Source: Candidatus Campbellbacteria bacterium
GTDB taxonomy: Bacteria; Patescibacteriota; Minisyncoccia; Phycocordibacterales; JAXHMZ01
NCBI GenBank assembly: GCA_034521025.1
Contig: JAXHMZ010000005.1
Location: forward strand, 197,176 to 261,175
Reading direction: 5' to 3'
Length of the DNA stretch: 64,000 nucleotides
Under the pieces are notes generated by a model. That model did not search any database. It was not told where the DNA came from and saw nothing but the letters and a program-made list of their open reading frames with translations. Of the stretch, positions 58,261 to 64,000 are shown piece by piece; position 1 is the first letter of the stretch; each line of letters starts with the position of its first letter. The position numbers and the translations under genes are program-made.

Positions 58261-59907
58261 ATGCCACACGATGACCACAAATATGTATTTGTAATTGGAG
58301 GAGTTATGTCTGGTGTCGGCAAAGGTATTACGTCCGCTTCGATCGGTAGTATCTTGCAGGATAAGGGTTATAAAGTAAATTTGGTCAAAGTTGATCCGTA
58401 TCTAAACGTTGATGCGGGAACTATGAACCCCACCGAACACGGCGAAGTGTTCGTTCTAAATAGTGGCCTGGAAACAGATCAAGACCTTGGGAATTACGAG
58501 AGATTTATGGATCGTGACCAAGCGCACGAGGACTATATTACAAGCGGTATGGTCTATAGGGATGTTATAGAGCGCGAGCGCCGGCTTGAGTACGGCGGTA
58601 AATGCGTCGAGGCGGTTCCTCATATTCGTGATGAAATCATTTCTCGTTTTCAGAGAGCGGCGAATAAAAATGATTCCGATGTTTCCGTTATAGAGATAGG
58701 AGGTACGGTAGGAGATTATCAGAATATTATGTTCATTGAAGCGGCTCGTGTTTTGAAGATCTATAATCCCAAGAATGTACAATTTGTTCTTGTTTCCTAT
58801 CTTCCTATTCCGGACAAAATCGGAGAAATGAAAACCAAGCCGACGCAAAATGCCGTGCGGCAGCTTAATTCATACGGAGTACAAACTGATCTATTGATCG
58901 CAAGAAGCGAGAAAGCGCTCGATCAAAAAAGGAAAGAGAAGATAGCTATTTCTTGTAACATATATCCTGACAAGGTGATCTCAGCTCCTGATATAGAAAG
59001 TATTTATGATGTACCGATCAATTTTGAAGCAGATTCTCTGGGTCAAATTCTTTTGGACGGCTTGAAACTAGAGTCGCGTTCAGAAAATGGGTTGATAAAG
59101 TGGCGTGAATTCGTAGATAAAACAAAAAGCGCCGAAAAGAAAGTAAAAATAGCTGTCGTTGGAAAGTACTTTGACAGCGGAGAGTTCCTCCTTTCTGACG
59201 CTTATGTGTCGGTTATAGAAGCTATCAAGTTTTCTTCTTATGAAATGAATGCCGAACCGGAGATCTTTTGGTTGAACTCAAAAGAGTTTGGTAAAGATCC
59301 TGAAAAGGTTGAAGAGCTTCGCGAATATGACGGCATTATAGTACCAGGTGGATTCGGAGAAAGGGGTATAGAAGGGAAGATAAATGTTATTCGGTTTGCC
59401 CGAGAGGAAAGAACTCCTTACTTCGGACTTTGTTATGGAATGCAACTGTTGTTAGTTGAGTACGCTCGCAATGTTCTTGGTCTCGATGATGCCAACACAG
59501 CTGAGATCGATCCAGACGCCGATCATTTGATAATAGACGTAATGGAGTCGCAAAAAGATAATATCGAAAACTCAAAAATGGGCGGGACGATGCGTCTGGG
59601 TACATATGAGGCTAAACTGAAAGAAGGGTCTATGGTACGTCGCGCCTACGGCAAGGACTCAATAGAGGAGCGCCACCGTCACCGCTATGAAGTCAATCCG
59701 GCTTATCGAGAGCAGTTAGAAAAAAGCGGTATGATCTTTTCCGGAGTTTCTCCAGACGGTTCTTTGGCAGAAATTTCTGAACTTCCAGAAACAGAACACC
59801 CGTTTTTTGTTGGTACTCAGTTTCACCCTGAGTTTCTCGCTCGACCTCTCCGACCACATCCTCTCTTTAATCTTTTCATAAAAACAGCTTTGGACAGGCA
59901 AAAATAG
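58261..59907 (+). CDS. pyrG: CTP synthase
   Basis: 'KYVFVIGGVMSGVGKGI' N-terminus and C-terminal GATase ('GLCYGMQ'). Confidence 0.95.
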   Translation: MPHDDHKYVFVIGGVMSGVGKGITSASIGSILQDKGYKVNLVKVDPYLNVDAGTMNPTEHGEVFVLNSGLETDQDLGNYERFMDRDQAHEDYITSGMVYRDVIERERRLEYGGKCVEAVPHIRDEIISRFQRAANKNDSDVSVIEIGGTVGDYQNIMFIEAARVLKIYNPKNVQFVLVSYLPIPDKIGEMKTKPTQNAVRQLNSYGVQTDLLIARSEKALDQKRKEKIAISCNIYPDKVISAPDIESIYDVPINFEADSLGQILLDGLKLESRSENGLIKWREFVDKTKSAEKKVKIAVVGKYFDSGEFLLSDAYVSVIEAIKFSSYEMNAEPEIFWLNSKEFGKDPEKVEELREYDGIIVPGGFGERGIEGKINVIRFAREERTPYFGLCYGMQLLLVEYARNVLGLDDANTAEIDPDADHLIIDVMESQKDNIENSKMGGTMRLGTYEAKLKEGSMVRRAYGKDSIEERHRHRYEVNPAYREQLEKSGMIFSGVSPDGSLAEISELPETEHPFFVGTQFHPEFLARPLRPHPLFNLFIKTALDRQK

Positions 59908-59943
59908 TTCTGGTTTTTTAATTTTACAATCTTTTTTGCATAG

Positions 59944-59978
59944 AAATAAAAATCCTTGGCATTACTAATGCCAAGGAT
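59944..59978 (-). terminator. Intrinsic terminator (12-bp stem atccttggcatt / aatgccaaggat) for the DUF1653 gene; may also terminate pyrG
   Basis: Perfect 12-bp stem with a 3-nt loop, followed on the minus strand by TTTTTATTT. Confidence 0.7.
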
Positions 59979-59986
59979 TCAAGTAT

Positions 59987-60325
59987 CTATGGATACATTT
60001 CCTGACGGATCCTTGCTAGCTCTGCGGTGGTTATGGGATCGGTAATTTTTTGAAAAAGCAAAACTATCTCCCCGCTTTCCTTTGCGGTTTCTAGCCACAT
60101 TTCAAGAGGTCGTATGTAAAAACAAGGAACTCCGAACTCTTTTGATGCTTTGTAGGCCGGAGATTCATACAAGGGACGATAGACGAGGAACATCCTGTCG
60201 TTCTCGGTGTGGAAACCAATTCCGGTTACTTCGTAAGCGTAGTTGTTTATTGATTCCTGTGGATCGTGCTTTTGGTGGTAGTAGAAACCAGGTTCCGGCA
60301 CTCGCGAAAACGTCTTCAGTGACAT
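59987..60325 (-). CDS. DUF1653-family protein
   Basis: 'GFYYHQKH...FLVYRPLY...FYIRPLEMW' resembles DUF1653. GGAGGG sits 5 nt upstream of ATG 60325. Confidence 0.6.
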   Translation of the reverse strand: MSLKTFSRVPEPGFYYHQKHDPQESINNYAYEVTGIGFHTENDRMFLVYRPLYESPAYKASKEFGVPCFYIRPLEMWLETAKESGEIVLLFQKITDPITTAELARIRQEMYP

Positions 60326-60545
60326 CAAGTCCCTCCTTTCGTCTGCCTCTTTGATAATACTAGCACGTCTACTATGCCTGAGAAAATACTAAAGGAGTAC
60401 CTGCCCGAACGGCCAGGCGGTTCTGGTCGGGTGGGTCCGCTCGAACGCCCCCTGAATGAAATTTATTTCGGGCAGGTGCCGTTCGGTACGGGCGGGCTGA
60501 ATCTGTAAGATTCAAGTCTCGCCCTTTTCAATAAAATTTCTCACA
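60326..60545 (-). promoter_or_regulatory. Long GC-rich structured 5' leader of the DUF1653 gene (candidate cis-regulatory RNA)
   Basis: Alternative, mutually exclusive pairings between 'CCGAACGGC'/'CUGCCCGAA' and a downstream 'GCCGUUCGGGCAG'. Contains a 'GAACCGCCUGGCC' segment. Confidence 0.3.
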
Positions 60546-60648
60546 GTATTTATACAATACACGCCGCTGGATAGATGCACTATCCACATTGCTTTCGAAG
60601 AAGAGGTTATATAACTATGCTATAGTCAAGGAAACATAAATTAAAAAA

Positions 60649-60815
60649 GCGGTTTGTATGGTGAAGTAGGGTGAAAGTCCCTCACTGTCGCGCAACGGTT
60701 AGAGTCCGATCCCATACAATGCCTCCCAAGTGGAGCTGCTTATGATGCGCGTGACGTCCTGGTGAACACCTTTCGTATATCACCGAATGCACACGCATCG
60801 GTGATTTATGTTTTA
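60649..60815 (+). promoter_or_regulatory. Cobalamin-riboswitch-like element with an intrinsic terminator expression platform, upstream of nrdB
   Basis: P1 stem 'UUGUAUGG...CCAUACAA' enclosing 'GGUGAAAGUCCC...CACUGUCGCGCAACGGUUAGAG'. This closely parallels the E. coli btuB core 'GGAGCUGACGCGCAGCGGUAAGG' and the 'GGUGnAAnUCC' motif. It is followed by hairpin caccgaatgc / gcatcggtg plus a U-run. Confidence 0.5.
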
Positions 60816-60827
60816 AACACATAGCGT

Positions 60828-62141
60828 ATGCAAAAGACTTCCATCACAACAATAATTAAACGAGACGGTTCCGAGGAAGCCTTTGATCTTTCCAAGATCA
60901 CCGCAGCGATCTCAAAGGCTTTTGATGCGACCGATACAGGTTCGGCAGAAGAGGCGAAAAAAGTTGCCAATACAGTATATGAAAAGATCGCTACTTTATG
61001 CGATCACGCTTCTGCTGACAGAGACGCAGACGAGCGCTGCAACGATGGCAAGCCCGCCGTCGAGACCATTCAGGATCTTGTCGAAGAATCTCTTATGGAG
61101 CATAACTACCATGAGATAGCCAAACGCTATATCCTCTATCGCAACGAGCGTGCCAAACAGCGTGAACCCGACCTCTTCGAGAAGCGCACAAACCTACGCC
61201 CGTATGAATACCCTGATCTAGTTGAATATGTAGATGCTATTCGGCACTCCTACTGGCTCCATACCGAGTTTAATTTTACGAGTGACGTGCAAGATTTTAA
61301 GGTCAATGTTTCCGACAAGGAGCGTAGTGCGATCAAAAACGCTATGCTTGCAGTCGCTCAGGTTGAAGTAGCGGTTAAGACGTTCTGGGGAGATATTTAT
61401 AAAAAGATGCCAAAGCCCGAGGTAGGTGCTGTTGGCTATACGTTTGCGGAAAGCGAGGTGCGACATATGGACGCGTACGCACATCTTTTGGAAATACTTG
61501 GACTCAACGACGAATTCAAGCGCATAAAAGAGATTCCGGCTATACACGAGCGTCTCACGTATCTCGAAGACATCCTGCAAAGATCCCGCACCAATGACAA
61601 TCGTGAATATACGGAGGCGATTTTGTTATTCTCGCTTTTCACCGAGCACGTATCGCTCTTCTCGCAGTTCCTCATCATTATGTCCTTCAATAGACATAGG
61701 AATCTATTCAAGGGCATATCCAATGCGGTGGAGGCAACCTCGAAAGAGGAACAGATCCATGGACTTTTCGGGAGCGAACTTATTAATCAAATAAAGCGCG
61801 AACACCCCGAATGGTTTGACGATGAACACAAAGAGACGATCTATCAAGTGTGTCGCGACGCGTACGCCGCAGAAGAAAAGATCATTGACTGGATCTACGA
61901 GAAAGGCGAGTTGGATTTCTTGCCGGCTGTTACCGTTAAAGAGTTTGTTAAAAATCGGCTCAACAACTCGCTCGAGAGAATCGGAATGGAAAGACCCTTC
62001 GAGGTAGACGAAAAGCGTATCGAGGAGACCGATTGGTTTGACGATGAAGTGATCGCTACTAAACACAACGACTTTTTCTTCAAACGATCGATCAATTACA
62101 ACAAACGTTCCGCAAGCGTTACCAGTGATGACTTATTTTAA
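60828..62141 (+). CDS. nrdB: Class I ribonucleotide reductase beta subunit with an N-terminal ATP-cone domain
   Basis: N-terminal 'IIKRDGSEEAFDLSKITAAISKA' ATP-cone. Ferritin-like core with 'ESEVRHMDAY' (ExxH plus radical Tyr) and 'EEQIHGLF' (ExxH). Confidence 0.85.
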   Translation: MQKTSITTIIKRDGSEEAFDLSKITAAISKAFDATDTGSAEEAKKVANTVYEKIATLCDHASADRDADERCNDGKPAVETIQDLVEESLMEHNYHEIAKRYILYRNERAKQREPDLFEKRTNLRPYEYPDLVEYVDAIRHSYWLHTEFNFTSDVQDFKVNVSDKERSAIKNAMLAVAQVEVAVKTFWGDIYKKMPKPEVGAVGYTFAESEVRHMDAYAHLLEILGLNDEFKRIKEIPAIHERLTYLEDILQRSRTNDNREYTEAILLFSLFTEHVSLFSQFLIIMSFNRHRNLFKGISNAVEATSKEEQIHGLFGSELINQIKREHPEWFDDEHKETIYQVCRDAYAAEEKIIDWIYEKGELDFLPAVTVKEFVKNRLNNSLERIGMERPFEVDEKRIEETDWFDDEVIATKHNDFFFKRSINYNKRSASVTSDDLF

Positions 62142-62151
62142 ATAGTATATT

Positions 62152-63828
62152 ATGTCGTACCAATGGCTAAATGAAAACTCTCGTACTTTTCTTGAACGTG
62201 GATACCTCCAGAAGGGAGCTACCCCGGAGAGCCGCGTTCGTGAGATCGCTGAGACCGCTGAAAAGATCCTTGAAAAACCCGGTTTTGCTGATAAATTTGA
62301 AAAATACATGGCCGCCGGCTATTACTCGCTCGCTACGCCGGTCTGGATCAACTTTGGCTTAAATACCGGTTTACCGATAAGCTGTTTTGGTTCTTACATT
62401 CCGGATGATATGGCGAACATTCTCTATACTCAGGCGGAGGTGGGAATGATGAGTAAGTTCGGCGGCGGAACGTCGGCTTACTTTGGTGAGCTGCGCGGTC
62501 GTGGCGCGACGATCAAAGATCGCGGGCATTCATCCGGTTCCGTCCATTTTATGCAGCTGTTTGAGACGATCACTAATATTGTCAGTCAGGGCTCGGTACG
62601 GCGCGGACAGTTTTCTCCATATTTGCCGATCGATCATCCGGACATTGAAGAATTCCTTGATATTGGTTCAGAAGGGAATCCTATCCAGAAGCTCACTCAC
62701 GGTGTCACCGTTGATGACAAGTGGCTGCAGGGGATGATCGACGGCGACGAGGATAAGCGCCGTATTTGGGCGAAACTCATCGAACGGCGCGGACAAATGG
62801 GCTATCCCTATATTTTCTTCACTGACAATGTGAACAACAATACCGTTGATGTTTATAAAGATAAGGATCTCAAAATCTACGCGAGCAATCTCTGCACAGA
62901 GATCATGCTTCCGTCGCGGTCAGATTGGTCGTTTGTCTGCGATCTCTCCTCAATGAACCTGCTGTACTATGACGAATGGAAGGACACGGATGCCGTCGAG
63001 ACAATGACGCAACTTCTCGACGCTGTTATGAGCGAGTTTATACAAAAGCTAGAGGCTTTGCGTGATTCGGACGATAAAGATGATCGACTCGCATTCTTGT
63101 TTATGGAGCGCGCGTACAATTTCGCAACCGCGAACCGCGCGATCGGACTCGGCGCACTCGGCTGGCATTCTCTGCTGCAATCGAAAATGATCCCACTCGA
63201 GAGCGATGAAGCGAATGAGATAAATGCTGAGATCTTCAAAACCATTCGTGACAAAGCTTATGCCGCTTCTTCCCAGATGGCTAAGGATTATGGCGAACCC
63301 GAAATTCTCAAAGGCTATGGCCGCCGCAACACAACCGTTATGGCGGTTGCACCGACCACGTCCTCGGCTTTTATTATCGGTCAAGTGTCTCAGAGTATCG
63401 AACCCTACTTCTCTAACTGCTATGTCAAAGACATCGATAAGATGAAGGTAACGATCCGCAATAGCTCGCTTGAGAAGCTGCTTGAAGAAAAAGGAAAAAA
63501 TGATCGCGAAACCTGGAGCAGTATCCGTGACAACGACGGTTCCGTCCAGCACCTCTCATTCCTTAACGAGAATGAAAAAGCTGTCTTTCGCACGTTCGCC
63601 GAGATCGACCAATCTGTGATCATCAAGCAGGCGGCAGATAGGCAAGAGTACATTGATCAGGCCCAGTCTCTCAATCTAATGATCCCGCCGGATATGTCCG
63701 CCAAGGAAATAAACGAACTCTATCTCTTGGCCTGGCGTCAAGGAGTAAAAACACTGTACTACCAACATAGCATGAATGCAGCCCAACAACTCAGCCGAGC
63801 AAAGGTGTGCATTGCGTGTGAAGCATAA
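62152..63828 (+). CDS. nrdA: Class I ribonucleotide reductase alpha subunit, short form without an ATP-cone
   Basis: 'NLCTEIMLPS' active-site region and a C-terminal 'CIAC' cysteine pair. 558 aa, with no N-terminal ATP-cone. Confidence 0.85.
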   Translation: MSYQWLNENSRTFLERGYLQKGATPESRVREIAETAEKILEKPGFADKFEKYMAAGYYSLATPVWINFGLNTGLPISCFGSYIPDDMANILYTQAEVGMMSKFGGGTSAYFGELRGRGATIKDRGHSSGSVHFMQLFETITNIVSQGSVRRGQFSPYLPIDHPDIEEFLDIGSEGNPIQKLTHGVTVDDKWLQGMIDGDEDKRRIWAKLIERRGQMGYPYIFFTDNVNNNTVDVYKDKDLKIYASNLCTEIMLPSRSDWSFVCDLSSMNLLYYDEWKDTDAVETMTQLLDAVMSEFIQKLEALRDSDDKDDRLAFLFMERAYNFATANRAIGLGALGWHSLLQSKMIPLESDEANEINAEIFKTIRDKAYAASSQMAKDYGEPEILKGYGRRNTTVMAVAPTTSSAFIIGQVSQSIEPYFSNCYVKDIDKMKVTIRNSSLEKLLEEKGKNDRETWSSIRDNDGSVQHLSFLNENEKAVFRTFAEIDQSVIIKQAADRQEYIDQAQSLNLMIPPDMSAKEINELYLLAWRQGVKTLYYQHSMNAAQQLSRAKVCIACEA

Positions 63829-64000
63829 ATATATGAAAATCGACACCTCGCCCAATGTGACTCGGTCCTTTTTCCTTGGCCTTTTCCCATAACGATCGTA
63901 CCCGGTTTTAAAGAGAGCGTATCAGAAGTCTGTCGGTTAACTAGCTTGCTTAGAGCGTACCACAAACGTCTCAGAAGCTATCTCAATATTGCTATCCTTC

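Noticed and set aside
1-64000. CRISPR arrays, rRNA genes, integrases/transposases
   Set aside because: No regularly spaced direct repeats, no rRNA-like sequence, and no recombinase-like ORFs were seen in the window.

Overview
This 64-kb window has 45-48% GC and reads like a reduced, Candidate-Phyla-Radiation/Patescibacteria-like bacterial genome. That assignment is an inference from gene content: N-terminal extensions on ribosomal proteins, no L30, and type IV pilus plus ComEC genes. The backbone runs in this order. It starts with a type IV pilus/competence module (pilB partial, pilC, 4-5 prepilin-like genes). Then come tpiA-pgk, a HIT hydrolase, recJ, rnhA, a split ComEC (membrane part and MBL part as separate genes with sodA antisense between them), rpmB, an S2P protease and rpsL-rpsG-fusA. 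Next is a ~13.7-kb accessory insertion, then tuf and the S10/spc ribosomal cluster (rpsJ to rplE, rpsN to secY). After that come gmk, two tandem short adenylate kinases, map, a second insertion, ndk, prfB, ftsEX, pyrG, a DUF1653 gene and nrdB-nrdA. The first accessory insertion splits the conserved fusA/tuf pair. It carries two paralogous giant secreted proteins of 1992 and 1009 aa. Each has beta-propeller-like repeats, GNVGIGTTSP stalk repeats, a C-terminal phage-tail-fibre-type intramolecular chaperone (Peptidase S74-like) domain and a poly-acidic tail. The two giants share a ~610-bp near-identical promoter/5'-end duplication. Between them sits a repeat-containing membrane protein, and after them come thyA-folA and a GGDEF cyclase. 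A second insertion (low-complexity acidic protein plus a 917-aa TraG/VirD4/HerA-like P-loop ATPase) sits between map and ndk, where infA-rpmJ-rpsM-rpsK-rpsD-rpoA-rplQ would be expected. Candidate RNA elements include a cobalamin-riboswitch-like leader with an intrinsic terminator upstream of nrdB, a ~320-nt GC-rich promoter-to-terminator unit of unknown identity at 14.47-14.79 kb, and long structured leaders. Repeats include an identical 39-bp palindrome at two loci and a cluster of three perfect palindromes after the second giant gene. No rRNA, tRNA or CRISPR array was found.
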